A stretch of DNA of 64,000 nt. It comes from Octopus sinensis (taxonomy: Eukaryota). Shown piece by piece: positions 1 through 12,669 of the stretch. Under the pieces are notes generated by a model. It saw nothing but the letters and a program-made list of their open reading frames with translations, was not told the origin of the DNA and did not search any database. Numbering within the stretch: position 1 is the first letter of the stretch; each line of letters begins with the position of its first letter. The position numbers and the translations under genes are program-made. Location of the stretch: NCBI RefSeq assembly GCF_006345805.1, contig NC_043001.1, forward strand, positions 128,650,001-128,714,000, given 5' to 3'.

Positions 1-2388
1 TGAACTCAGAACGTAGTAACAGCAGACGAAATACTGCTAAGCATTTCGCCCGATGTGCTAGTGTTTCTTCCAGTTCGCCGCTTCTTCTGGTTTCTGCCCA
101 CCTTATCCCCCTACGAAGGTTTAGTTGTCCTGAAGCTATAGTAGAACACACTTGCCCAAGGTGCCTTGTATCTGAAAGCAAATTCAGCTGTGAATAATAA
201 CTTCTAATACATTATGTTAAAAATTCCTTGGATGGAAAAGAAAAGGCAGAAAGCTACTTATGGGAGGCAAACCATGCATCTTCTGACAGACATGCTATAG
301 ATTACATTAAAACAACTTTCCCGCTTTCAGCCATCCAACTTTCCCGCTTTCATGCCTTGATCTTACCAGTGGGGTGGCATTATTTGAAAGCTACAACAAT
401 GTAAAGAAGCACATTGTGGTGTATAACAACATTCGATAGAGTGGTTGATACAGTGATTGGTGATGTACCTCAAAACAAATTCATTATCATTATCGTTTTA
501 ATGTCCACTTTTTTATGTTTGCATGGGTCAGACAGAATTTGTTGAATTAGATTTTCTATGGCCAGAGGCTTGACATCATCTTTAAGTAAAATCTCCAGAT
601 GCTCAACATCAACTTGGAGGATGCAGAAGGGCTGGTAAAGGACCACCAATGATGGGGAACACTAGTGGACCTTGATGGCGCTTCACACAATTACACCTCT
701 GGGACCCCATACCCATCAAGCAAGAACTTGAAGCAAGCATGGCCAAATGCCTTTCTTGTCACCAACCCTCACCTGTTCCTGAGCATGTTTTTACAGAAGA
801 TTAGACTTAAAGAAAACCCCTGGTTTGACAGTGACACTTGTTTACAACTATCACATGATATCAAAACAAGGGGACACATGCGCACACTCACATGGCAAAT
901 GTCTGTCAGTTATCATCTACTAAATACATTCACATGGCTTTGATCAGCCTAGGCACTTACCCAAGGTGCTGTGCAGTGGGATTTAACCTGAAACCACATG
1001 GCTGACAAGCAAACTTCTGAACTACACAGCTATAAATATTTATTTTATTTTTTTCCATCCAAGGTGTTTTTCACCCAATATATCATCAGCTATTATTTGT
1101 TAGTGAATTTGCTTCAAGATATACTTCGGAGTATATCTAAACTGGCTGACCCTCTGATTAAACTCATGCTCACCAGGTTCAAATGTAATATTTTATACTT
1201 AACCAGTGCTTATATTCACTACTCCATCGACTTGTCCACAACCTGGGGTAATACACAATTGATAGGAAGTTCAAGAGTTACTCTCAACTCTACTCAGGCC
1301 CAAGGTGGTAGTACTTGTCGAGAGCCCAGTTAGGTAATGGAAATTAGGAGCTTTGAACCTAACTTTAAATATAAAAGAAATAACTTTAGGCTGCAGATTT
1401 AATATCATTTTTTTCTATTTTAATTAATGGTTCCCATATGGCCTATATAAACTGATTCTTTTAGTTGTCTTTCAGTTTTGTCCATTTCTGTTATCTTGTT
1501 TTTGTTCCACAACAAAAAAGTTGTTTAAAGTTTCTGATTCAATCTTTTGGTCAGTCAGTTTGTATTTATTGTTGTTCAAGTGGCTAAACACTGCATCACA
1601 AACAGAAGACTAACTAATAGGAGACCATCCCTGTTATGGACAATGGAATGAGAACAATCTACCCATGTAGGTTTAAGTATTCAGTTAAAAATTCTGAGAA
1701 GATTAATGAATACAACAGCTATATGAAGCAGGTTGAAGGATACAATGGTCAAAATGTGATTATGACAACCAAGACAAGGACACAAGTTTGAATATATCAC
1801 AGTATAATACTCATTTCTTTGTTTCTATGTTTGATATATATATCATCATCATCATCATCATCATTTAACGTCCGCTTTCCATGCTAGCATGGGTTGGACG
1901 GTTCAACTGGGGTCTGTGAAGCCAGAAGGCTGCTTCAGGCCCAGTCTGATCTGGCAGTGTTTCTAGATATATATTTGTTTTTTTACTATTTTAAATATAC
2001 ATTGTTAAATTAGTCCATTGTGATCCAAAATTACATTAGGGTCAGAGACATTTTTATCCCGATATTATATGCATATGTTTTGAGGGTAGAAAGCACCCAT
2101 GAAATATGCAAACAGTATTATTCTTCTCTTCTTTTGCGGCATGAGTTGGAGAAATCCTTTGTCATCTCACCTGTGATACCAATCACCCTGAGACCTGATT
2201 TCTCCATTTTCTCTTTTCTCTTTATCAGCTGAGTAATTTCTTTGTTGTATTCAATCGGCAATGTCCTTAATACCAGTCATTGTTTAAGCTCACTTAAGCA
2301 CTTTCTTCTTTCTTTTATGCCAGTAAAGAATTGATGTGATCTATTATCCAAAATATTTAACTTGTCCTTACTAATTATCTCTTTTTAG

Positions 2389-2505
2389 GAAACTGATGTT
2401 GGCCAAACTCAGTGAAAATAATGAAACAAAGTTCACTTGGCTCGAATATTTGTTATCCAAAGTAGATGACAAACTATTCACTAAAGCTATCCCTTTACTT
2501 CCAAG
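2389..2505 (+). CDS. HPS5: HPS5 internal exon (first found in window): (R)KLMLAKLSENNETKFTWLEYLLSKVDDKLFTKAIPLLP(S)
   Basis: Acceptor ctttttag, donor AG|gtaagt, 117 nt, phase 2-2, open frame, joins next exon in frame. Weak positional similarity to human HPS5 (LRLDWLLLAV region) from memory. Confidence 0.8.
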
Positions 2506-3527
2506 GTAAGTAAATATCTTTGAACCTTTCTCAACACTTTTTCTGCCACTTTGTGAATAATCTGGGCTAATACACAATTGATAGGAAGTTCAAGAGTTAC
2601 TCACAGCTCCACTCAGGCCCATGGTGGAAGTACTTGTCAAGAGCATAGTTATGAATCAAATAGTAAAAGGTAATCCTGTGGCAAAGGAATACAGGACACA
2701 GAGCTGGACTGGCCCCATACACAAGTATAACACAGGCCACCAATGTATAGACTTGCCCTGTTGCTTTGTAAACCAATTTCCCCTTTCAAAGAGTTAAACA
2801 GGCCCTGTGCTTCAAGGATAAGCTCAGGAGAGTAGGAACACACACATACATAAATATGATGGGTTTCTTCCAGTTTCTGTCTACCAAATCCACTCACAAG
2901 GTTTTGACTAGCCCAAGGCTTTGATTGGCCCAAGGCTATTGTAGAAGACAGTTGCCCAAGGTATCATGCAGTGGGACAGAACCTGGAATCATGTGGTTGG
3001 GAAGCAAGCTTCTTACCACACAGCTACTCGTCACATTATTTTAAGCATTTAACTTTTTGTGTACACATTAATTTCTTTCATACATTAGTTACAAAACATC
3101 CATGCCCACAGCTTCAAACTGGCATAGGCAACCTTATTTTGAGAAGCAGGCCACATGAGGCATGGCTCATAATCAGGTGGTACAGGACCACCAATGATGG
3201 AGGACACTGGTGGACCTTGCTGGCTCTTCACACAATTACGCTTCTGGGACCCCAGACCCATCAAGCAAGAGCTTGAAGCAAGCAAGAAACAAGCATGACC
3301 AAATGCCGTTCTTGTCACCAACCCTCACCTGTTCCTGAGCATGTTTTTACAGAAGATTGGACTTAAAGAAAACCCCTGGTTTGACAATGACACTTGTTTA
3401 CAACTATCACATGATATCAAAACAAGGGGACATGAAGATAATTTTTCATTTAGCATGCCATTCAGAAAGTCCTACAGGAAGAAACAGAGAAATACCCTTT
3501 AAAACTGTTTTTCATGTTTTGTTGCAG

Positions 3528-3653
3528 TGCTGGAATGCATCTGTTGAAATGGAAGTACAGAGATATCATTGTTTTTTTGTGCAATAACTGCCGTGACGAA
3601 TCCGTGGCGGACGAACATTGGAAGAAAGTGCTGCATCTATGTTTAATAAACAA
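3528..3653 (+). CDS. HPS5: HPS5 exon: AGMHLLKWKYRDIIVFLCNNCRDESVADEHWKKVLHLCLIN(K)
   Basis: ttttgttgcag acceptor, AA|gtatgt donor, 126 nt, phase 2-2. HLLKWKY resembles human HLLSWGY. Confidence 0.9.
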
Positions 3654-4595
3654 GTATGTATCAAAGAGGCAAAAAAAAAAAAAAATGTTACGTCTCTTCA
3701 GAGACTAATTATTGTTAAAAATAATTTATTGTTTGTATTACATACCACATCTTCAATGTTTGTAATGGACTGTAGTTTATTCTAATGTTTATGGTTTATT
3801 TAAAATCAACTATTTTAACTTGAACTCATTTCATTTCATTGTTTTATATAAACTTTTTTTTATGTTATTATAAATTATAGGACGCGACTTATTGACGAAG
3901 TGACAAAAATTGGGAACCAATCAATAATTTCTCGCCAAAAAATTATAAGGAACACAACTCTTTATACAATATATGTAGAGTTATTTCCCTTAGTTAATTT
4001 TGCCATTTTCCTCTCATTTCACGTTTATCAATTTACGATACAGAGCTGGGATTGTTGTTTAGTTTCAGGTTAGTCTTGTTCGAACATACCTAAATTAAAA
4101 AGCGTTGCAACCGTAACTCTCCTGCCTTATTTTCTTATTTTCAAATATAGTATATTTGGGATTTCGTTAGCCAACCTATTCTTCCCTATTTAAGGCAGTA
4201 ATATATTTTTATTAGGTAGATTTGTTTGTTATTTCTAGCAGATTATGAAATCATGTAGCTGCTTCCTTGTTGGGTCATGATGATGCTGATGATGACGATC
4301 ATCATCATCATCATCATTTACAGTCCATTTTCCATGCTGGCATGGATTGGACTGTTTGACAGGAGCTGGCAAGCCTGAAGACTGCACCAGACTTCACTAT
4401 CTCTTTTGGCATGGTTTTTAACAATGACGACGTTACAGAATGGACAGGGTGCTTTCTACATGACACCAGCACAAATAAGGTCTGTTTGGCATAGTTTTTA
4501 TAGCTGGATGCCCTTCCCAACATCAACCACTTTACAGAGTGGGCTAGGTACTTTTTATCTACAGGTATAAATGTACTAAGCCATACGATACAAAT

Positions 4596-4850
4596 GTGAA
4601 GGTGTATAGCTTAGTGGTTAGGGTGTTGGACACATGATTGTAAAATTGTGGTTTTGATTCCTGGACCGAGCAGTGCACTGTGTTCTTGAGCAAAACACTT
4701 CATGTCACGTTGTTCCAGTCCTCTCAGCTGGCAAAAATGAGTAATCCTGCGACAGACTGGCGTTTCATCCAGGTGCAGAATTTATACGCCGTGGAAACCG
4801 GGAAACCCACCCTTATGAGTCGGTATGACTTGAGAAGGTAACTTTACTAT
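4596..4850 (+). mobile_element. SINE family B-related, older copy
   Basis: Shared head and CTCCAGTCC..CAGCTGGCAAAAATGAG body. Confidence 0.75.
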
Positions 4851-5659
4851 ATGTTACAAAAGAGTGCATTAAAACTGTTGATATGGCTCTGAAATGCCAG
4901 TCATTAGTGGAAAACTTATTGCACTGGCAGACAGTCTCAATTATAGCACTGTAGGGCATTATTGTTCCCCTGCTCACAATGGCCACAATATTCTGATTGA
5001 AATTTTTTTCATTTTTCAATAAAAATATCCTATTGTATTGAATTTAAGTAAAATATTCATCATATGATATTTTTATCATTGACTATAGTTAAGAGTTAGG
5101 AGGTTGTGAAGAAAAGGAGAAAGTACAGTTGGAGACTAAAAGTATTACATTACTTAGTTCAATTTCTTATGTGTCTGAAACCCTCTCTACAACTATTGAC
5201 TTAGAGAGAAATCAAAACAGAATGTGTGTCAGGATAAGTTATTATCTCCTCTCATTTGAACCCAGTTGCAATTTCCTACAGGTGTTTGCTCACCTCATCT
5301 CAAAAAAATAGTTTCAATATATTAGGAATCTATCTTGTTTGGTATTCCTCCAATTTTGCTCTGCTGATTTATACCACTGACCACTCTGAGATATTTTGCT
5401 TAGTTCATTTTGTTTTACAAAGTTATGAAGTGACGCAAGAATTTTATTGTTTATATGTATATAGATATATTTACTCACACATACACAAACATACTTACAT
5501 ATTTAGAAAAATATAAAGGAAATTTGGTTGCTATTTCTTCCGGGTCAAGTAACCATGAAGAGTCTCATTGTATGTGTGTGTAGGGGTGGTTGTATATGTA
5601 TGTAAATATATATTTATCATGATATTTGAAAACATGAAATTATTTCTTAAATTTCCCAG

Positions 5660-5772
5660 GTTCTGGTTGGGCTGCCTAATGTGTCTGAAGAAGTTAAAAC
5701 TCTGGCATAGTCTGATCACAATTATGGTAGCTCTTGGTGATCTCTCTCTCTTTGATGCTGATAATACATATG
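5660..5772 (+). CDS. HPS5: HPS5 exon: FWLGCLMCLKKLKLWHSLITIMVALGDLSLFDADNTY(G)
   Basis: atttcccag acceptor, G|gtaagt donor, 113 nt, phase 2-1. Resembles human FWPGYLILCLEL...LNDMSL. Confidence 0.92.
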
Positions 5773-6180
5773 GTAAGTGACTTCTGAATTCCTCCTCAGT
5801 TCATTTTATTGCTGTTAAATAGTTAAATACAGCATTTAGGACCAAATAGAATTTGAAAAAATAAACAAAACAAAAATGGAAACATAATGAGAAAATGAAA
5901 TTAGATAAAAAGGAAATTATTTAGATGAAATAAATATCATCTTTTACTGTCCATTTTCCATGCTGGTATGGATTGGACAGTTTGACAGGAGCTGGCAAAC
6001 CAGAAGACTGCACCAAGTTCCATTGTCTATTTTTGCATGGTTTTTAACAATAACCACATAATAACCATGTTACACATTACAGTGGACAGGGTACATTTTA
6101 CGTGGCACCAGCACCAATGAGGTCTGGATGTCCTTCCTTACATCAACCACTTTACAGAGTTGGCTAGGTACTTTTTATCT

Positions 6181-7160
6181 ACATCCCAACCGAGCTGCAG
6201 CAATTTTTGTCTGGTTCCCAAAGAAACGTGCGGTCTTGCATTATCATGTTGGAAAACAACAACCTTCCTGTTGGCCAATTCTGGATGTTTCTCTTGAATT
6301 GCTGCTTTTAACTCGTCCAGTTGTGTGCAGTATTTCTCAGAATTAATTGTCTGGTTACTTGGGAGAAGCTCATAGTACAGAATTCCTTTCCAATCCCACC
6401 AGACACAAAGCAAGACTTTTTTAGGGTGAAGACCCACTTTTGGAGTAGCTAAGGGTGGCTCATGTCACTTACTCCAGGATCACTTTCTCTGAACACTTCA
6501 GTAGATAATCCATTTCTCATCACCTGTCACAATTTGCTTGAAAAAAGGCGCGTTTTCATTCCGTTTATAAAGCGAATCACAGATGGAAATGCAATCCAAA
6601 AGGTTCTTCTCACTCAACTCATGTGGTACCCAAACATCATAGCGATTTGTGTACCCAAGCTTTACCAGGTGTTCATGAACGACGGATTTTGATAGGTTGA
6701 GGCTTTCTGCCAATTCTCGGGTTGTGCAATGTGGGTATTCTCAATTAATGACTTGATATGGTCATCATCTGTAGTGGATGGTCTGCCTGATCGCTCTTTA
6801 TCAATAAGGCTATAATCTCCAGCTTGGACCCTTATGAACCACTTCCGTACAGTTCTTTTGGATAAAGAAACATCACCGTAAACTGCGCATATTTCTTTGG
6901 TTGCTTGTGAGGTATTTTTCCCTTTATGGAAAAAGAAAAGCATCAAGTGCCGAAAACGAACTTTCTTATCTTCTATTTTAGAGGGTTACAGAATTAACAC
7001 AGGTTATAGGAACATAAACCTTCTTCCACGAAAAGATAGCTTAAACTGTGCTCTAAATAGAGGTGTAGTCAAATCCTATTTTATGGACTCAACCATGTTC
7101 TAAAATAAGTCGAAAGGTAAGCTACTATAAATCGGCACGAACTTTCTGGACGACCCAATA
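6181..7160 (-). mobile_element. 3'-truncated, frameshifted mariner (Mos1-like) transposon
   Basis: Three ORF pieces carry the HTH N-terminus (ERSGRP), IVTGDEKWIIY, LCVWWD and QHDNARPH. 5' ITR TA-TTGGGTCGTCCAGAAAGTTCGTGCCG ends at 7160. Breaks after LGWDV, so YSPDL, the third Asp and the 3' ITR are missing. Confidence 0.92.
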
Positions 7161-7320
7161 CTAAACAAAAGACAGTTTCTGTTATATATGAAATTTCATG
7201 GTTTATAATTTACTGGTGCATATTAAACATGAGTATATATTATATGCAAATAAATACAAAAAATTAAGAATGTTTACAAATTTGAAAATTTGAAATATCT
7301 TTAATTTTACTTAACTTTAG

Positions 7321-7732
7321 GTTATGTTCCTGAGAGTGAAGAGGAATGGCTCTATCTGCTTGATCAAAAAAAAATGCAGTCAGCAGAGGATGATACAAAT
7401 GCCTTCCAATCTTCTCTAATTGGTGCAGTAATGAAATGTTACAAAGACTGTGGTGTTTTTTCATTAGAAGAGTACAAGTCTCTTGAAGAAAGCCTTCATA
7501 GTACTGAACAAGACTCTGAGAACTTGAGTGAAACACACAAAGAACTAACATCACAGATATTTGTTCCTTCTCCTTTGACTTTGGATTCTGTGTATCGGTT
7601 ATTTATCCAACGTATGGGACCACAAAGAGGGATACATCTCCTGTTGGAGCACAATTGTCTTAAGCCAAGTGATTATCCATTGTCCTTTTACCAAAGCTGT
7701 CTCTTTGGCTCATTGATACAGCGACAACAGAG
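7321..7732 (+). CDS. HPS5: HPS5 exon: YVPESEEEWLYLL...FIQRMGPQRGIHLL...GSLIQRQQ(R)
   Basis: ttaactttag acceptor, AG|gtaaca donor, 412 nt, phase 1-2; contains ORF 7374-7736. Resembles human WIPETVEEW and AMGPDRAWSLL...EKRQR. Confidence 0.95.
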
Positions 7733-8899
7733 GTAACATTAATATTTTTTTAAATATTTTCAGCATCAAATTTTTTTTTTACTTCATAATATTTTTGTCC
7801 CCTCTCTTTCCCTCACTCATTGTTTTAATGCTCCTTAAACCTAAAATACCTGCTGTTAATAATTCTTATGAAGTAAATGAAATTAAAATTAAAATTTCTA
7901 AGCATTCTCTACATGTTATCATCATCATCAATTAATGTTCATTATCCATGCTGGCATGGTTCAGACCGTTTGACAGGATCCAGCAAACCACAAGGTTGCA
8001 TTATGCTCTAACATAAGCTTTAGTATGATTTTTACAGCTGGATGCCCTTCCTATTACTAACCCTCATCTGTTTTTCTAAGACAGGATCTTATATTCCCCA
8101 TGTGTTTGAAGGCCAACAATATTTTTGACAGAAGAAATGACAACTACATGTAGCTAGAGATTTTCAGAGAAATGCAAATGTAAATGTGCACATGTCTACA
8201 CACACACACACACAGCATCACCATCATCATCATTATTTAATGTCCACTTTCCATGTGGGCATGGGTTAGATGGTTTTACAGGAGTTTGTCAGCTGGAGAG
8301 TTGTCCAGGCTCCAGCTGTCTGTTTTGGCATAGTTTCTTACAGTTAGATGCCCTTCCTAACACCAACCACTTTACAGTGTGCTTTTCACCTGCATGGGTA
8401 AAATTCTGGAATCCATTTATTGGACTAAATTGTTTCAAGGCAGTGCTGGGCACTGCCTTGAAGAAATGACTGAAATGAGTAAAAGATAAAAAATGTGTGT
8501 TTGTGTGTGTGTATAAATATACGTGTGTGTATAAATAATGTGTGGCACACACACACACATTATTTATAGAGTCTACCAGCACAGTTAGGGGTACCCCAGG
8601 TTTCAAAATCCATTTCTGCAGACCTTTTGTAATGCCTATGTTTCTTATAGATCTGCCATCAATCACAAATAAGACTACCTTCTTATTTGGGATTGAAATG
8701 TAGGTATTAAATAATTGTCTACAAATATGGAATTTGAGACTTAAGACACCCCTAACTGTGCCAGTAGATCCTATTAATAACAGCACTCAGCTCTATTTGA
8801 CTATACAGAGCACTCTTCTTTCATTTCTAGCTCTCTACAGAAACTTTTAGTCAGGCCGACTGAAGCCTTGTGAGTGGATTTGGTAGACAGAAACTGAAA

Positions 8900-9308
8900 G
8901 AGCTGGCAGAGTCGTTAGAATGCCGGGCAAAATGCTTAGTGGTATTTCATCTGTCTTTACGTTCTGAGTTCAAATTCCGCCAAGGTCGACTTTACCTTTC
9001 ATCCTTTCGGGGTCGATAAATTAAGTACCAGTTACGCACTGGGGTCGATGTAATCAACTTAATCCCTTTGTCTGTCCTTGTTTGTCTTCTCTGTGTTTAG
9101 CCCCTTGTAGGTAGTAAAGAAATAGGCATTTCGTCTGTCTTTACGTTCTGAGTTCAAATTCCGCTGAGGTCGACTTTACCTTTCATCCTTTCGGGGTCGA
9201 TGAATTAAGTACCAGTTACGCACTGGGGTCGATGTAATCAACTTAATCCCTTTGTCTGTCCTTGTTTGTCCCCTCTATGTTTAGCTCCTTGTGGACAATA
9301 AAGAAATA
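8900..9308 (+). mobile_element. SINE family C with ~184-bp tandem duplication of its body
   Basis: TTCTGAGTTCAAATTCCGCC..GGTCGACTTT..GGGGTCGAT unit occurs at 8941-9124 and 9125-9308. Confidence 0.85.
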
Positions 9309-9761
9309 AGAAACTGAAAGAAGCCCATCGTGTTTTTTTTGTGTGTATGTGTGCACATGAATGTATGTATGTCTTTATGCCTGTTTGTTCCCCACCACCA
9401 CCACCACCACTTGAAAACTGTTGCTGGTGTGTTTATGTCCTTGTAACTTACTGGTTTGACAAAAGTGACCGATAAATACCACACTTAAAAAAATTAAAAT
9501 TCTGGAATCCATTCATCAAAGCAGTACCCCAGTATGGCTGCAATCTAATGACTGAAACAAGTGTGTGTGTGTGGAAATATATATATGTATTATATGTATA
9601 ATTTTACCCTTACGGGCTATCTTTTACTGGAAAGCAATACTTTCGTATTGCGTTACTATTTTCATTGAAACTTCTTCACTGTTCTCGTTCTGTTAACGTT
9701 TTGGCGTTCAGACAAGTGTACTGACATAGATGTGGCAACATTTGAAATTTTGTCTAGGTAT

Positions 9762-9832
9762 ATGCAGCTGATGAGGACAAATCAAATCTACGTTGTCAAA
9801 CGTATTTGAAGAGTCTGAAACCGGTCCTGCAT
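9762..9832 (+). ncRNA. Type I minimal hammerhead ribozyme motif (Penelope-type)
   Basis: ATGCAG-CTGATGA-GGAC..GTCT-GAAA-CCGG-TC-CTGCAT: 6-bp stem I, full core, long stem II, palindromic stem III ACCGGT, GUC site. Confidence 0.8.
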
Positions 9833-10075
9833 TATCTGTTTCTAGGTTTTTCATTTTTCAGATGTTCTTCCTAGAGGTAAGACAAATTTTTTTCATGTTT
9901 GTTGCACACACACGTCTTTGCTAGTATATACACAGTTAAGCTATACAATAGCGTCGTATTTATTACGATCGCTATTTTCCAGTAAATATCGGTACTTCGT
10001 TGTACCATTTATTTACTTTTATTATATATATATATATATTTAATTTTTGAATTCATTATATCTGTTCTTTGCCAG

Positions 10076-10151
10076 ATTTATAATTCACAACATGTTGGAG
10101 AAAATTGATGAATATTTTTGGTCAAAGAAACCAGCTTCTATGGCTCCAGCA
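10076..10151 (+). CDS. HPS5: HPS5 exon: FIIHNMLEKIDEYFWSKKPASMAPA
   Basis: ttctttgccag acceptor, gtaagt donor, 76 nt, phase 2-0. Resembles the human C-terminus LIQSMLEKCDRFLWSQQA. Confidence 0.93.
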
Positions 10152-10737
10152 GTAAGTAGAGAATTTTCTTTCTCCCAAATCTACATTATTGGTTTTGTAA
10201 CTCCACATCATTCCCTGATTCAGCAGGCCTATGATCATGACCAAGAGCCTTCCAACCTTGACGTCACCACTTTCTTTTACTTTTCAGATATATTGTATCC
10301 CAAAACTACGTACAATTTCCTAAGTGATCTCTTTTTGAAGGTAGTTGATCGTAATTTGAGGGACACTGGCTATTATTTCTAGCATTTCACAGCAACTTAA
10401 TGAAACATATTCAAAGTTGAATAACCCTTCCCCCACCAATACACTCATATACGCACACACACACACACTCTTTCTCTTTCTCTCTCTCTCTCTCTCTACT
10501 CATTTGTATATACAGGTATACTGACTCATTTTTCTTATCTGCACGCATGCACTCCCACACAGACACACATACATATGTACATGTACACCTTATCTATTGT
10601 CAAGGTCTACACATATAAACACTATAATACTTATATGTATCACATTTTCAAATAAAAATTTTGCCAATATTCTTTCAGAAATCCTTGTGACATTATTTCT
10701 TTCTTCTGTAACATTTTTTTATCTCCCTCCTCCACAG

Positions 10738-10806
10738 ATTTATTTTGCTGTAGAAGAAGAGAAGAACACAAACTACTTGGAACCATCTGTCTCTACGCAA
10801 GAACTG
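10738..10806 (+). CDS. HPS5: HPS5 exon (C-terminal extension): IYFAVEEEKNTNYLEPSVSTQEL
   Basis: Polypyrimidine tract plus ccacag, CTG|gtaagt, 69 nt, phase 0-0, open frame. Confidence 0.85.
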
Positions 10807-11631
10807 GTAAGTGCTGACTGAATAATCATTTTATTATTGGAGTTTGTACTTGTGCAAGCAATTGTCTTGGTCTTAGACTTTGGGTTGAAAATGAATCAAT
10901 TACATCATAAAAAGTTAATTTTAAGTCATTTAAAAATGCACAGAAAATCTGTTAAATTATTTTTTGTTAACTGACTTCTTGTGATGTCAAAATATTTGTT
11001 ACACATCTGCAGCTTGGTCACTGATGCAGTTTCACAGTGTCAGAGGAAAAATGGAAGTGTATCAGTCATCAGGTTACACAGTTTGTTCATTTAACAAATG
11101 AATGATGTAGAGACACAGGCATGGCTGTGTGGTGTTTAAGAAGTTCACTTTGCAACTATGTGGTTTTGGGTGCAGCACCTCCTAAAGCTTCAGGTTGACC
11201 AATGTCTTGTGAGTAGACTTGTTAGGTGGAAACTGTGAGAAAATCTGTTGTGTGTGTTTTGACAGAAGAAATGACAACTACATGTAGCTAGAGATTATCA
11301 GAGAAATGCAAATGTAAATGCGCGCACATCTACACACGCGCACACACACACACACACACTCTCTTTCTCTCTCTCTCTACTCACATGTGTAAATGCGTGC
11401 ACATCTACACACACACACTCTCTTTCTCTCTCTCTCTACTCACATGTGTAAATGCGTGCACATCTACACACACACACTCTCTTTCTCTCTCTTTCATACA
11501 TACACACAAATGTGTATATATATATATATATAAATATATATATATATGCTTCCTTGTTGGCTTGTCTAGCAAAATTGTATTCCAATTTGGTGTGTTTAAT
11601 TCCATACTTTTTTACTTTTATTCTCTTTTAG

Positions 11632-11714
11632 CTAAAACAGTTGCAGCCATTGAATGGGCAAAGATTTGCTGAAGAAAAGGAGTACCACTGGGGTAGTTCT
11701 ATAGATATCTTTAC
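11632..11714 (+). CDS. HPS5: HPS5 exon: LKQLQPLNGQRFAEEKEYHWGSSIDIF(T)
   Basis: ttctcttttag acceptor (in-frame alternative AGs end at 11640 and 11646), AC|gtaagt donor, 83 nt, phase 0-2. Confidence 0.85.
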
Positions 11715-11904
11715 GTAAGTTTCAGTAAAGTATTTTCTGTTCCTTTTTTTTTTTTTTTTGGTAGAAATACAGTAACAACTGTGTTGCCCCTTTAGCATTT
11801 AAAATGGCCATATCCAGCCGGAATATTCTCCGTTTTATGTTCAAATTAAGCAGATTCAGCCTTTCCCACTACCCTACAGTATCATTCTAAGTATAAAACA
11901 ATCA

Positions 11905-12069
11905 GGCGCAGGAGTGGCTGTGTGGTAAGTAGCTTGCTAACCAACCACATGGCTCCGGGTTCAGTCCCACTGCGTGGCACCTTGGGCAAGTGTCTTCTGC
12001 TATAGCCCCGGGCCGACTAATGCCTTGTGAGTGGATTTGGTAGACGGAAACTGAAAGAAGCCTGTCGTA

Positions 12070-12112
<43 letters not shown>

Positions 12113-12322
12113 ATGTGTGTTTGTGTGTCTGTGTTTGTCCCCCTAGCATTGCTTGACAACCGATGCTGGTGTGTTTACATCCCCGTCACCTAGCGGTTCG
12201 GCAAAAGAGACCGATAGAATAAGTACTGGGCTTACATAGAATAAGTCCCAGGGTCGATTTGCTCGACTAAAGGCAGTGCTCCAGCATGACCGCAGTCAAA
12301 TGACTGAAACAAGTAAAAGAGT
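11905..12322 (+). mobile_element. tRNA-headed SINE family A, full length
   Basis: GGCGCAGGAGTGGCTGTGTGGTAAG..GGGTTCAGTCCC head, central (TA)n, GACTGAAACAAGTAAAAGAG tail. Confidence 0.92.
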
Positions 12323-12669
12323 ATACATGTCAGCCGTGTATGTTGATCTCTTGCTATCAATGAAAGGGTGCTGTGACCAGCGGTGTGAAATGGACGCCCA
12401 AAGGACTGGTCAGTCAAGGTGATCAAGGTGATATATAGATCATAATCTAATGTTCACTTTTCAAAGCTTACATGGGTCAGATGGAATTTGTTGAGGCAGA
12501 TGTTCTTCAGCAAGGTGCCCTGATGCCCTTCTGTTGCTAATACTCCCAGCAAGATAATACTTCTTCATACTGAGACATGAGTTTTGCAAACGTCTGGAAG
12601 TAAAACACTTCGCTTGTATGACAATGATGTTCATTTACAACCATCATATGATGTTAAGACACACATACA

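Noticed and set aside
11905-11980. tRNA genes at SINE heads
   Set aside because: They have A/B-box-like motifs but no cloverleaf, and run into SINE bodies present in many copies.
11902-12159. Recurrent MSSNARGTNTDTQ and MLGGQTQTH ORFs as a multigene family
   Set aside because: They are antisense translations of SINE family A.
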